The notes under the pieces: model-generated | Database searches by the model: none | What the model was told of the DNA's origin: nothing | The model's input: the letters and a program-made list of their open reading frames with translations, nothing else | Shown: one piece after another, positions 15,976 to 24,674 of the stretch | Layout of the letters: every line of letters starts with the position of its first letter | How positions within the stretch are numbered: position 1 is the stretch's first letter | Origin: an uncultured bacterium | Lineage (GTDB): Bacteria; Patescibacteriota; Saccharimonadia; Saccharimonadales; Saccharimonadaceae | Length of the DNA stretch: 40,000 bases | Direction: 5' to 3' | NCBI GenBank assembly: GCA_965649685.1 | Contig: CBFGLU010000001.1 | Location: forward strand, 1 to 40,000 | Translations under genes and position numbers: made by a program

Positions 15976-16194
15976 ATGGCTGAAACCAAGAGTACGAAGA
16001 AACCTGCCGCCAAGAAGGAACTGAACTTGCAGGAGCAGTTGGTTGCCAAGCGCGCCGATATGCTTGAACTGCAGAAATCAAACCGTGCCGGCGAGCTCGT
16101 GAACCCACGCGCCATCACCAGCACACGCAAAGAAATCGCCCGCCTGCTCACGGCTATCCGTGCCGAAGAGCTTTCGGGAAAGGAGAGTAAATAA
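15976..16194 (+). CDS. rpmC: 50S ribosomal protein L29
   Basis: Size, helical Lys/Glu-rich sequence and position between rplP and rpsQ. Confidence 0.9.
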   Translation: MAETKSTKKPAAKKELNLQEQLVAKRADMLELQKSNRAGELVNPRAITSTRKEIARLLTAIRAEELSGKESK

Positions 16195-16195
16195 T

Positions 16196-16480
16196 ATGGC
16201 CAAGACATTGACCGGTATCGTGACTTCGGACAGCCGCGACAAGACTATTACCGTCACTGTGACTAGTCGTGAGACTCATCCTATTTACGGCAAGCAGTAC
16301 ACCGTGAACCGTAAGTATCAGGCTCACGACCCGAAGAACGAAGCCCACAAGGGTGACAAGGTGCAGATCTCTGAGATCCGCCCGGTCTCTAAGACCAAGA
16401 GCTTCCAGCTTGCCAACATTGAGGAGCGCTCGAAGGGCAGCCTGGAACTGAAGCAAGACGTGACGGAGGTGGAAGCGTAA
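16196..16480 (+). CDS. rpsQ: 30S ribosomal protein S17
   Basis: [20 protein letters not shown]... with SD aaggagag. The 16160 start in the ORF track overlaps rpmC and is rejected. Confidence 0.95.
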   Translation: MAKTLTGIVTSDSRDKTITVTVTSRETHPIYGKQYTVNRKYQAHDPKNEAHKGDKVQISEIRPVSKTKSFQLANIEERSKGSLELKQDVTEVEA

Positions 16481-16848
16481 TGATCCAGCAAGAATCACGC
16501 CTTAAGGTGACCGACAACAGCGGTGCGAAGGAAATCCTTTGTATCCGTGTGCTCGGTGGCACCAAGCGTCGCTATGCTCACGTCGGTGACGTCATCGTCG
16601 CGACCGTGAAGGACGCCAACCCAACTGGTAACGTGAAGAAGAAGTCGGTCGTCAAGGCCGTCGTCGTCCGGACCCGCAACCAGATCAAGCGTAAGGACGG
16701 CAGCACCATCGCATTCGATGACAACGCCGCCGTCATCATCAACGATGACAAGACCCCACGTGCGACCCGTGTCTTCGGACCAGTTCCACGTGAACTGCGT
16801 GACCTCGGTTACGCCAAGATCATCAGCTTAGCTCCGGAGGTACTCTAA
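16480..16848 (+). CDS. rplN: 50S ribosomal protein L14
   Basis: [18 protein letters not shown]... Confidence 0.97.
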   Translation: MIQQESRLKVTDNSGAKEILCIRVLGGTKRRYAHVGDVIVATVKDANPTGNVKKKSVVKAVVVRTRNQIKRKDGSTIAFDDNAAVIINDDKTPRATRVFGPVPRELRDLGYAKIISLAPEVL

Positions 16849-16849
16849 T

Positions 16850-17170
16850 ATGGCCCGTATTCGTAAAGACGACCAAGTGAAGATCATCGCCGGCAAGCAC
16901 AAGGGCACGACTGGTAAGGTACTGGCGGTCGACACTAAGAAATCCGCCGTACTGGTGGAAGGTGTCGGTGTCGGTCACCGTCACGTCAAGCCTACTCAGC
17001 TGAACCCACGCGGTGGCAAGAAAGACATCCATGTCGCCATTGACATCTCGAAGGTCGCGCTCATCGTTGACGAGAAGACTTCGAAGACGTCGCGCGTCGC
17101 GTTTGAAAAGAAGGCCGACGGCACCAAAGTACGTGTCGCCCGTGCCCTAAAGAATAAGGAGATCAAATAA
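16850..17170 (+). CDS. rplX: 50S ribosomal protein L24
   Basis: KOW motif KIIAGKHKGTTGKV; operon position. Confidence 0.95.
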   Translation: MARIRKDDQVKIIAGKHKGTTGKVLAVDTKKSAVLVEGVGVGHRHVKPTQLNPRGGKKDIHVAIDISKVALIVDEKTSKTSRVAFEKKADGTKVRVARALKNKEIK

Positions 17171-17754
17171 TGGCAAAAGCTGCTGTTAGTACCGCTCCTC
17201 GCTTGAAAGCCTTGTACGCTACACAGTACGTCAAGGAACTGCAGGCCGAACTTAACCTCGACAACGTGCACCAGGTGCCAAAGCTCGAGAAGATCGTCGT
17301 AAGCGTAGGAACCGGTAAGACCAAAGAAGACAAGCGTGCGCTTGAAACCGTTAAGAACACGCTGACGAAGATTACCGGCCAGGCACCGGTCGAGCGTTTG
17401 GCAAAGAAGTCGATCGCTGGCTTCAAGATCCGTGCCGGCATGGGCGCACCGGTCGGTGTGGCCGTCACCCTGCGTGGTGCTCGCATGTACGAGTTCCTCG
17501 ACCGCTTGGTCAACGTTTCTCTGCCGCGTGTCCGTGACTTCCACGGCGTCAAGGCGAAAGCCTTCGACAAGGGCGGCAACTACAACCTCGGTCTGATCGA
17601 ACAGTCGATCTTTCCAGAACTGACCTTCGAAGAGACCCAGGTGCTGCACGGATTGCAGATCACCTTCGTCATCAAGAACGAAGACAAGGCTCATAGCCGC
17701 GCCCTGCTTGAGAAGTTCGGCGTACCGTTTGAAAAGGATGGAGGAAATAGGTAA
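17170..17754 (+). CDS. rplE: 50S ribosomal protein L5
   Basis: L5-like sequence (..KITGQAPV...[28 protein letters not shown]) and operon position. Confidence 0.96.
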   Translation: MAKAAVSTAPRLKALYATQYVKELQAELNLDNVHQVPKLEKIVVSVGTGKTKEDKRALETVKNTLTKITGQAPVERLAKKSIAGFKIRAGMGAPVGVAVTLRGARMYEFLDRLVNVSLPRVRDFHGVKAKAFDKGGNYNLGLIEQSIFPELTFEETQVLHGLQITFVIKNEDKAHSRALLEKFGVPFEKDGGNR

Positions 17755-18023
17755 TGGCTAAGAAATCCATGATCGCACGCGACGAAAAGCGTAAGAAGAT
17801 GATTCAGAAGTACGCCGCAAAGCGTGCCGAGCTGAAGGAATTGGGCGACCAGGAAGGTCTGCAGAAGCTGCCGAAGAACTCCAGCCCGACCCGTTGGAAG
17901 AACCGCGACGTCCTGAACGGCCGTCCACACGGATACATGCGCCGTTTCGGCCTGAACCGTATCAACTTCCGCGAAAAAGCATCAAAGGGTGAGATCCCTG
18001 GCGTCACAAAGAGTAGCTGGTAG
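17754..18023 (+). CDS. rpsN: 30S ribosomal protein S14, long cysteine-free form (89 aa)
   Basis: [15 protein letters not shown]...[25 protein letters not shown]. No Cys residues. Confidence 0.95.
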   Translation: MAKKSMIARDEKRKKMIQKYAAKRAELKELGDQEGLQKLPKNSSPTRWKNRDVLNGRPHGYMRRFGLNRINFREKASKGEIPGVTKSSW

Positions 18024-18038
18024 GAAAGGAGTAAGCAT

Positions 18039-18440
18039 ATGTCACTACAATCTACAGACCCAATCGCTGACCTCCTGACCCGTATCAGGAACGCCAGCAT
18101 GGTCGGCAAGACCGAAGTCCGCGTACCGAACGCAAAGCTGAAGAAGGTCGTCGCCGACCAACTGAAGAAGAACGGTTACCTGTCAGACGTCAAAGTCGAG
18201 GCAGGCACACCACGCGACACCCTCGTCATCACCATCAATAAGGACGGCGAAAACGCGAGGTTCACCGAGCTGACCCGTATGAGCAAGCCTGGTCGTCGCA
18301 TGTACGTCGGTGCCAATGACATCCCACGCGTAAAGAGCGGCCGAGGTATCGTCCTGATCTCTACGTCGAAGGGTGTCATCACCGGTCAGGAAGCTGCCAA
18401 GCAGCGTCTTGGCGGTGAGGTACTGCTGAAGGTTTACTAG
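18039..18440 (+). CDS. rpsH: 30S ribosomal protein S8
   Basis: DPIADLLTRIRNA... Confidence 0.97.
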   Translation: MSLQSTDPIADLLTRIRNASMVGKTEVRVPNAKLKKVVADQLKKNGYLSDVKVEAGTPRDTLVITINKDGENARFTELTRMSKPGRRMYVGANDIPRVKSGRGIVLISTSKGVITGQEAAKQRLGGEVLLKVY

Positions 18441-18463
18441 GAAACAATTAAGAAGGAACTACT

Positions 18464-18997
18464 ATGAGTCGAATCGGAAAACTACCAATCCAGATTCCAT
18501 CAGGCGTGACAATCACGGTCGACTCAGATGTGATTGCCGTTAAGGGCGCCAAAGGCGAACTGACCGTGCCACACCTGAGCGACGTGACCGTTACTGTCGA
18601 GGATGGCGTCGCTACCGTTACCCGCAAGAGTGACGAAAAAGTATCAAAGAGCCAGCATGGTCTGCAGCGTGCGCTGCTGAACAACGCCGTCGTCGGTGTG
18701 ACCCAGGGCTTCGAAAAGAAGCTCGAAGTCAACGGTGTCGGTTTCCGTGTCAATGGCGGCGGCCAGGAGATCGAGATGAGCCTCGGCTTCAGTCACCCGG
18801 TCAAGTACAAGGCCCAGGACGGCGTTCAGCTGACCGTCAACAAGATGGAAATCACCGTGAACGGCATCGACAAGCAGAAGGTCGGTCAGACCGCTGCTGA
18901 GATCCGTGCGCTGAAGAAGCCTGAGCCGTACAAGGGCAAGGGTATCAAATATGCCGACGAGCAGATTCTGCGCAAGGCAGGAAAGACAGGTAAGTAA
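18464..18997 (+). CDS. rplF: 50S ribosomal protein L6
   Basis: [17 protein letters not shown]... Confidence 0.97.
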   Translation: MSRIGKLPIQIPSGVTITVDSDVIAVKGAKGELTVPHLSDVTVTVEDGVATVTRKSDEKVSKSQHGLQRALLNNAVVGVTQGFEKKLEVNGVGFRVNGGGQEIEMSLGFSHPVKYKAQDGVQLTVNKMEITVNGIDKQKVGQTAAEIRALKKPEPYKGKGIKYADEQILRKAGKTGK

Positions 18998-18999
18998 TC

Positions 19000-19353
19000 A
19001 TGAACAACCTCGCTAAGAAACTCATGAACAAGGGTCTCAGGAAGGCCCGCGTCCGCGCGACCGTTTCCGGTACCGCCGCACGCCCACGCCTGACCGTTAC
19101 CATCTCGAACCTGCACGTGTCGGCTCAGCTGATCGATGACGTCAACCAGGTTACCCTGGCTGCTGCGACCACCGTCGGTAAGAAGCTGACAGGTACGATG
19201 ACTGAGAAAGCCGCCGTCGTCGGTACGGACATCGCCAAGAAGGCAAAGAAAGCAAAGATCAACGCCGTAGTGTTTGACCGTAATGGTCGGGCATATGCCG
19301 GTCGCCTGAAGGCGCTGGCTGACGCGGCTCGTAACGAAGGATTGGAGTTCTAG
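19000..19353 (+). CDS. rplR: 50S ribosomal protein L18
   Basis: Operon position. RPRLTV..SN.H..AQLIDD...[19 protein letters not shown]. Confidence 0.95.
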   Translation: MNNLAKKLMNKGLRKARVRATVSGTAARPRLTVTISNLHVSAQLIDDVNQVTLAAATTVGKKLTGTMTEKAAVVGTDIAKKAKKAKINAVVFDRNGRAYAGRLKALADAARNEGLEF

Positions 19354-19354
19354 T

Positions 19355-19945
19355 ATGGCAGAACAGACTGCGAATACTACCCCACAGGCCCAGGGTCGCA
19401 CACAGCGTCCGGCACGTGGTGGCCGTCGGGATGACCGACGAAACCAAGCCCCGGCCGAACCAAAGCAGTTCGAGGAGCTTGTCATCAACATCGACCGTGT
19501 CGCACGTGTCGTAAAAGGTGGACGTCGTTTCCGCTTTAAGGCCCTGGTTGTCGTGGGTGACCGCAAGACCAAGGTTGGCGTAGGTGTCGCCAAGGGTGCT
19601 GACGTCCAGTCGGCCATCTCGAAGGCTACCGACGTCGCAAAGAAGAACATGGTAACGATTCCGGTGGTGAATACTACCATTCCTCACGAAGCGGAGATCA
19701 AGCTGTCAGGCGCACGCGTCCTGATCAAGCCAGCTGCTCCAGGTACCGGTATTATCGCCGGTGGTGTCGTCCGTCAGATCATCGGTGTGACCGGCATCAA
19801 CAACATGCTTTCAAAGAGCCTCGGTTCAACCAACAAGGTGAACATCGCATATGCGACCATCGAAGCGTTGAAGAGTCTGGTTCCGAAGGAAGAATGGGTG
19901 AACGCTCAGCCAACCAAAAAGACCGCGAAGAAGGAGACGAAGTAA
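19355..19945 (+). CDS. rpsE: 30S ribosomal protein S5 with an approximately 40-aa basic N-terminal extension
   Basis: S5 core INIDRVARVVKGGRRFRFKALVVVGD. Its TAA stop (19943-19945) overlaps the rplO ATG. Confidence 0.96.
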   Translation: MAEQTANTTPQAQGRTQRPARGGRRDDRRNQAPAEPKQFEELVINIDRVARVVKGGRRFRFKALVVVGDRKTKVGVGVAKGADVQSAISKATDVAKKNMVTIPVVNTTIPHEAEIKLSGARVLIKPAAPGTGIIAGGVVRQIIGVTGINNMLSKSLGSTNKVNIAYATIEALKSLVPKEEWVNAQPTKKTAKKETK

Positions 19946-20424
19946 TGAAATACAACGAACTCCAGGTTTCTGCCAACAAGGATAAGAAGCGTGTCGGTCG
20001 CGGTATCTCTGCCGGCCAAGGTAAGACGGCTGGTCGTGGTACCAAAGGCCAGGGCTCACGTACCGGTAAGAAGCTGAACGCTACCTTTCAAGGTGGTCAG
20101 CGCGCGTTGGTACAGGCGATTCCTAAGAATCGTGGATTCAAGAGCCTGCGCACGCCTGCTCAGGTCGTCTATCTTGACCACCTGAACGCGTTCAACGGCA
20201 AGACAGTCGACAACATGAGTCTGTTCGAAGCCGGCTTGGTCGCGACGCCGTTCCACACCGTGAAGGTCATCGCCCGTGGCGAACTGACTGCCAAGGTAAC
20301 CTTGAACGTGCAAGCAGCCAGCGCAAGCGTCAAAGCTGCCGTTGAAAAGGCTGGTGGTACCTTCAATAAGACCACCACACCGCTTCCAAAGAGCACCAAA
20401 GAAGCCGAACAAGCTGACAAATAG
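19945..20424 (+). CDS. rplO: 50S ribosomal protein L15
   Basis: MKYNELQVSANKDKKRVGRGISAGQGKTAGRGTKGQ. ATG 19945 overlaps the rpsE stop, leaving no room for rpmD (L30). Confidence 0.95.
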   Translation: MKYNELQVSANKDKKRVGRGISAGQGKTAGRGTKGQGSRTGKKLNATFQGGQRALVQAIPKNRGFKSLRTPAQVVYLDHLNAFNGKTVDNMSLFEAGLVATPFHTVKVIARGELTAKVTLNVQAASASVKAAVEKAGGTFNKTTTPLPKSTKEAEQADK

Positions 20425-20440
20425 CAATTTGCTGTTCGCC

Positions 20441-20470
20441 TCGTAGTATACTTAAACAAGTATGCTACGG
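20441..20470 (+). promoter_or_regulatory. Stable hairpin in the rplO-secY spacer, with no U-run
   Basis: cgtagtatactt (20442-20453), aaac loop, aagtatgctacg (20458-20469). Twelve bp with one mismatch. Confidence 0.4.
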
Positions 20471-20511
20471 CTCGAGACAGGAAAATGCCAAAGAATGAGG
20501 GGTAGAATCTG

Positions 20512-21927
20512 ATGAACTGGAAAACAATCCTTAAATCCGTGAAGAACGGGGACATGCGAAAACGACTTCTGGTCGTGTTAGGCCTGGTGGTCGCATACCG
20601 ATTCCTGGCCCATATTCCCGTACCACTCGCGGAACCGGCCGAAATGCGCGAAGTCATCAATAGCGTGGTGTCTGGCAGTGACTTCGGAGGTTTCCTCAAC
20701 CTTCTATCCGGTGGTGCATTGGCAAGTTTCTCCGTCGTGCTGGTAGGTCTTAGCCCGTTCATTACCGCGTCGATCATTACCCAGCTGCTGACCAAGGCCA
20801 TCCCACGTTTGGAAGAGTTGCATAAGGACGGAGAATCCGGACGTCGTAAGATTCAGCAGTGGACTCGAATCATCAGCCTGCCGCTCGCCGTCGTACAATC
20901 CATCGCCTTCATCTATATCCTGCGTCAGTCCGTCTTGGCGGGTAACACGACGTCTGCCCTCGGTGAGGCTACCTTGATGGAATGGATCGTGGCCGTCGGC
21001 GCCATGACTGCGGGTTCTATGCTGTTGATGTGGCTCGGTGAGATCATGACGGAGCAGGGCGTCGGTAACGGACTTTCACTCCTTATCTTTGCCGGTATCG
21101 TCAGCCAGCTGCCTCAGACGATGCAAACTATCGGTACGTCGCTCACCGATACCTCAAGCGGTAGCTTGAGCGTGTTCGGCTGGTTCAGCTTGCCGGTTAA
21201 TCCGCTGGCCTTCTGGGTGGTACTGGCGGTGACATTGGTGTCTCTGGCGGTCCTCTACTTGCTTGTGAAAATCAACGAAGCGCAGCGTGTCGTCACCATC
21301 AATTACGCCAAGCGTGTGCAGGGCAACTCGAGCTATGGCGGCGTCAAGAGCATCCTACCGATGAAGCTGATCGCGGCCGGTGTGATTCCGGTCATCTTCG
21401 CGGTCGCATTCCTTAGCCTGCCGGCCTTCGTAGGTCAGGTATTGAAAGCCACCGGCAACCCTGACATGATGCTGATCGGCGACAATCTGGTGGCATGGTT
21501 CCAGACACCGAACCCTGGTGAGTTTACTGGCGAGACATGGCAGGCCTTCATCTACCCAAGTATGTACTTCCTGCTGGTCATTGCCTTCACATACTTCTAT
21601 ACCGGCATCGTGTTCAACTCGAATGAGATCGCCGAGAACCTTCAGAAACAGGGTGGTTTCATCGAAGGTGTCCGTCCCGGTGAGCAGACCGAGAAATACT
21701 TGGCGAGCACTATGAACCGATTGATCCTGTTCGGCTCATTGGTACTGGGTCTCATCGCTGTCCTGCCATTCGTCGCCGAGTATCTTCTTTACCAACTGGC
21801 CGGCGTCCAGAACAGCAACCTGGCGGTCGGTGGAACCGGTATCCTGATCGTGGTATCGGTCGCGCTTGAGGCGTTGCGTCAGATCAATTCTCGCGCCCTG
21901 ATGGTCACCTACGACGATTACAAGTAA
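20512..21927 (+). CDS. secY: Preprotein translocase subunit SecY
   Basis: 10-TM protein in the conserved position after rplO, with SecY-like motifs (GLSPFITASIITQLL, LLMWLGEIMTEQGVGNG). Confidence 0.96.
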   Translation: MNWKTILKSVKNGDMRKRLLVVLGLVVAYRFLAHIPVPLAEPAEMREVINSVVSGSDFGGFLNLLSGGALASFSVVLVGLSPFITASIITQLLTKAIPRLEELHKDGESGRRKIQQWTRIISLPLAVVQSIAFIYILRQSVLAGNTTSALGEATLMEWIVAVGAMTAGSMLLMWLGEIMTEQGVGNGLSLLIFAGIVSQLPQTMQTIGTSLTDTSSGSLSVFGWFSLPVNPLAFWVVLAVTLVSLAVLYLLVKINEAQRVVTINYAKRVQGNSSYGGVKSILPMKLIAAGVIPVIFAVAFLSLPAFVGQVLKATGNPDMMLIGDNLVAWFQTPNPGEFTGETWQAFIYPSMYFLLVIAFTYFYTGIVFNSNEIAENLQKQGGFIEGVRPGEQTEKYLASTMNRLILFGSLVLGLIAVLPFVAEYLLYQLAGVQNSNLAVGGTGILIVVSVALEALRQINSRALMVTYDDYK

Positions 21928-21952
21928 TTAAACGGACCTCACGTACCCATTT

Positions 21953-21973
21953 GCGGCTCACTCGGTGGGCCGC
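21953..21973 (+). terminator. Hairpin after secY (possible weak terminator)
   Basis: gcggctcac-tcg-gtgggccgc (9 bp including one G-U pair), followed by ttatgg. The U-run is poor. Confidence 0.35.
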
Positions 21974-21976
21974 TTA

Positions 21977-21985
21977 TGGTATAAT
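21977..21985 (+). promoter_or_regulatory. Extended -10 element TGgTATAAT, 8 nt upstream of ATG 21994
   Basis: TG at 21977-21978 and TATAAT at 21980-21985. No SD precedes the ATG. Confidence 0.5.
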
Positions 21986-21993
21986 TTTACCTA

Positions 21994-22680
21994 ATGGCCT
22001 CGGGGTTGAAAATCAAACACGAATCTTCTCATGTCATGGCGCGAACGGTCGCGGCCATCGTGTTCATCGCACTTTGTCTGCTGGTGGCGTTTTATGGATT
22101 GCGTTGGTATAACACGGGTGAGACTGGTCCGTTCCCGCTTCCTATCGCGGCCGCAGGTCCCGTCGTCGATGAGACTGACGTCACGGATGAGCAGCTGACA
22201 GAATTTAAGGCAGAGGCAGGCGAGCCTCGCTATATCAGCATTCCGGTGCTTGACGTGGCCCAGTCGCGTGTCATAGGCATAGGGACGGATAAGAATAATG
22301 CATTGCAGTTGCCAGACAACATTCACGACGCAGGTTGGTACAAGAAAAGCGCCCTACCGGGTAGCGGCACGGGTTCGGTACTGATCGTTGGACGCAGCGG
22401 TGGTCCGACTCGTCCTGGTGCGTTTGCACGTGTGACGTCACTCCAACCGGATGATCTTATCATCATTGAGCGAGGTGACGGTGTGAGCTTGAACTACCGA
22501 GTTTATGATGTCCGCACCATGTCGGTCGAAAAGGCCATGCAAAGTGGCATCAAGGAGATGATGTACTCGGCTGAACCTGACACCGAGGGTCTCGGTATCG
22601 TCGTATCAAGCGGCAAGTGGGTACCTAAGCATCGTGAGTATGATCGTCGCGTCATGATACGTGCGCTTTTGGTTGAATAG
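21994..22680 (+). CDS. Membrane-anchored sortase-fold (class E/F-like) protein with non-canonical active-site residues
   Basis: N-terminal TM anchor, then ISIPVLDV...PDNIHDAGWY...LPGS.GSVLIVGRSGG...LQPDDLIIIE...LGIVVSSGKW...YDRRVMIRALL. This follows the sortase pattern I.IP.L.V...aGWy..s.lPG..G..vi.GH...L..GD.I......L.L.TC....R.vv.a, but Arg replaces the His and Ser replaces the Cys. An alternative start is M15 (22036). Confidence 0.6.
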   Translation: MASGLKIKHESSHVMARTVAAIVFIALCLLVAFYGLRWYNTGETGPFPLPIAAAGPVVDETDVTDEQLTEFKAEAGEPRYISIPVLDVAQSRVIGIGTDKNNALQLPDNIHDAGWYKKSALPGSGTGSVLIVGRSGGPTRPGAFARVTSLQPDDLIIIERGDGVSLNYRVYDVRTMSVEKAMQSGIKEMMYSAEPDTEGLGIVVSSGKWVPKHREYDRRVMIRALLVE

Positions 22681-22702
22681 TGAGCCTTGGGCATTGCATG
22701 GC

Positions 22703-22730
22703 TTGACGTCTGGCTGCGAAACGGTACAAT
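22703..22730 (+). promoter_or_regulatory. Distal candidate promoter upstream of infA (TTGACG-16-TACAAT)
   Basis: TTGACG at 22703-22708, 16-nt spacer, TACAAT at 22725-22730. Confidence 0.4.
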
Positions 22731-22790
22731 GTTAGTATCAAACCTATCGTTTCACCTGCGGGTAGCTCGTGAAAATATCTTTATAAACGC

Positions 22791-22819
22791 TTTACGGCAC
22801 TCTTATTTTCCTGTATAAT
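22791..22819 (+). promoter_or_regulatory. Proximal candidate infA promoter (TTTACG-17-TATAAT)
   Basis: TTTACG at 22791-22796, 17-nt spacer, TATAAT at 22814-22819. ATG 22835 lies 15 nt downstream with no SD. Confidence 0.55.
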
Positions 22820-22834
22820 CTAACTTTGTAATTT

Positions 22835-23083
22835 ATGGCTGGACAAAAGGAAGTAATCAAGATGCAGGGAACGGTGGTGGAAGCACTGCCTAACACCCAA
22901 TTCCGGGTTGAACTTGAGAACGGTCATAGTATTATCGCCCACATCAGCGGGAAGATGCGCAAGCATTATATCCGCTTGGTACCGGGAGATAAGGTAGAAG
23001 TTGAGATGACCCCTTACGACCTTACGAAGGGACGAATCAGCTTCCGCCTGCGAGACGAGCGACCTTCTACGAAGGCCGCCTAA
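22835..23083 (+). CDS. infA: Translation initiation factor IF-1
   Basis: [71 protein letters not shown] matches IF-1 end to end. Confidence 0.97.
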   Translation: MAGQKEVIKMQGTVVEALPNTQFRVELENGHSIIAHISGKMRKHYIRLVPGDKVEVEMTPYDLTKGRISFRLRDERPSTKAA

Positions 23084-23119
23084 ATATCAACGTAAGGGAA
23101 CAGGAGTTTTTACGCGCTC

Positions 23120-23236
23120 ATGAAAGTTCGTGCGAGTGTCAAGAAAATCAGTCCCGATGACCAATTGGTACGCCGTAAAGGCCGCCTCCGCGTCATCAAC
23201 AAGAAGAAACCTAAGAACAAGCAAAGGCAGGGTTAA
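23120..23236 (+). CDS. rpmJ: 50S ribosomal protein L36, cysteine-free form (38 aa; too short for the ORF track)
   Basis: Hand translation gives [38 protein letters not shown]. It sits in the conserved infA-rpmJ-rpsM position. The CxxC...CxxxH zinc ligands are absent. Confidence 0.9.
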   Translation: MKVRASVKKISPDDQLVRRKGRLRVINKKKPKNKQRQG

Positions 23237-23238
23237 GC

Positions 23239-23625
23239 ATGACTCGAATTAGCGGGGTAACCATCCCAGCTGAAAAGCAAGTGCAGATCGCTCTTACCTA
23301 CATTTATGGTATTGGGCCCAAGCACTCTCGAGACATCCTTGCGGCGGCAAAGATTGAGCCGACCACTCGGGTGAAAGATCTCACCGAGGCTGAAGAACAG
23401 AAACTTCGTGAAGTAGTCGATCGTGACTACATGACCGAGGGTGATCTCCAACGTCTCGTAACCAACAACATTAAGCGACTGAAAGATGTCGGCGCCTACC
23501 GTGGCTTGCGTCACAAGGCAGGTCTGCCGGTCAACGGTCAACGAACCCGCACGAATGCACGAACTCGCAAGGGTAAGGCGATCGCAGTAGGTGGAACGCA
23601 GAAGAAGGCCGCGTCGAAGACGTAG
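23239..23625 (+). CDS. rpsM: 30S ribosomal protein S13
   Basis: [26 protein letters not shown]... Confidence 0.97.
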   Translation: MTRISGVTIPAEKQVQIALTYIYGIGPKHSRDILAAAKIEPTTRVKDLTEAEEQKLREVVDRDYMTEGDLQRLVTNNIKRLKDVGAYRGLRHKAGLPVNGQRTRTNARTRKGKAIAVGGTQKKAASKT

Positions 23626-23639
23626 AAAGGAACTGATAT

Positions 23640-24038
23640 ATGGCAGAAGCAACTCAGAAAACAGCTGCCCGTAAAAAGCAGCGCCGATCAGTTCCAGCTG
23701 GTCAGATGCACGTCCAGGCGACGTTCAACAACACTATCATCACGTTCACCGATAAGAAGGGTGCCGTCTTGTGCGCCTCTAGCGCCGGTGCCTGTGGCTT
23801 CCGTGGTAGCAAGAAGGGTACGGCGTACGCTTCTCAGGTTGCCGCTGAAAAAGCCGCGGAGATGGTTCAGAACCTGCACGGCATGAAGTCCGTCGACGTG
23901 TTCGTCAAGGGTGTCGGTCTCGGTCGCGACGCCGCCGTCCGCGCGTTGGCGAACTACAACATCCAGGTTGAAAGCATTAAAGATGTGACCGGTGTACCAC
24001 ACGGTGGTACTCGTCCACGTAAGGCAAGGAGGGTCTAA
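23640..24038 (+). CDS. rpsK: 30S ribosomal protein S11
   Basis: HVQATFNNTIITFTDKKG...GFRGSKKGT.YA.Q. Confidence 0.97.
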   Translation: MAEATQKTAARKKQRRSVPAGQMHVQATFNNTIITFTDKKGAVLCASSAGACGFRGSKKGTAYASQVAAEKAAEMVQNLHGMKSVDVFVKGVGLGRDAAVRALANYNIQVESIKDVTGVPHGGTRPRKARRV

Positions 24039-24040
24039 TC

Positions 24041-24658
24041 ATGGCACGTGATACTTCACCTATTGTGAAGCAGAGCCGCCGCGAAGGTTACGCCCTGCAT
24101 CCAAAAGCACACAAGATTCTGATCAAGAAGCCAGGTATTCCTGGTCAGCACTCTGGCGGTCGTCAGAGCAAGCCGAGTCTGTATCAGATTCAGCTTCGCG
24201 AGAAGCAAAAGGTCCGTCGTTTGTACGGTCTGCTTGAAAAGCAGTTTGCCAAGCTTATGAAGGAAGCCGCCCGTAAGGACGGTCTAGCGGGTGAGAACCT
24301 GCTCCAACTGCTTGAGCTACGTCTCGACAACACCGTTTATCGCGCTGGTCTGGCTACTAGCCGCCGTGCTGCACGTCAGCTTGTCGGCCACGGCCACTTC
24401 CTGCTGAACGGTCGTCGTGTCGACATCCCGTCGATTCGCGTCAAGGTCGGCGACGTCATTACCGTACGTGAGAAAAGCCACAAGAGCGGCTACTTCACGA
24501 ACATCGACGACGTCGTAGCTAACAGTGTCCAAGGACCGCTGAGCTGGCTCAAGAGCGACACTAAGAAGCTCAAGATTGAAGTTACCGGATTGCCAAAGCG
24601 CGAAGAAGCCGAGGCAGAGATCAACGAACAATTAATTGTTGAGTACTACTCACGCTAA
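24041..24658 (+). CDS. rpsD: 30S ribosomal protein S4
   Basis: S4 N-terminal region plus the S4 RNA-binding domain (LDNTVYRAGLATSRRAARQLVGHGHFLLNGRRVDIPS). Confidence 0.97.
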   Translation: MARDTSPIVKQSRREGYALHPKAHKILIKKPGIPGQHSGGRQSKPSLYQIQLREKQKVRRLYGLLEKQFAKLMKEAARKDGLAGENLLQLLELRLDNTVYRAGLATSRRAARQLVGHGHFLLNGRRVDIPSIRVKVGDVITVREKSHKSGYFTNIDDVVANSVQGPLSWLKSDTKKLKIEVTGLPKREEAEAEINEQLIVEYYSR

Positions 24659-24674
24659 TCAAGGAGACACTATT

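Noticed and set aside
645-19680. Long antisense or out-of-frame ORFs inside well-supported genes. Examples are 645-1346(-), 1356-1754(-), 4245-5114(-), 15064-15711(-), 15567-16208(-), 16996-17694(-), 18886-19680(-), 20169-20801(-) and 28629-29168(-).
   Set aside because: They lie fully within strongly conserved genes (fusA, cyoB, ribosomal proteins, trpS). Their translations are low-complexity and rich in Arg, Ser, Thr, Gly and His. They have no SD or promoter. They are the expected by-product of codon bias at this GC content.
22729-22818. A 29-codon upstream ORF (MLVSNLSFHLRVARENIFINALRHSYFPV) in the infA leader.
   Set aside because: Its ATG overlaps the distal -10 box, it has no SD, and its stop lies inside the proximal -10 box. 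It is more simply explained as promoter and leader sequence.
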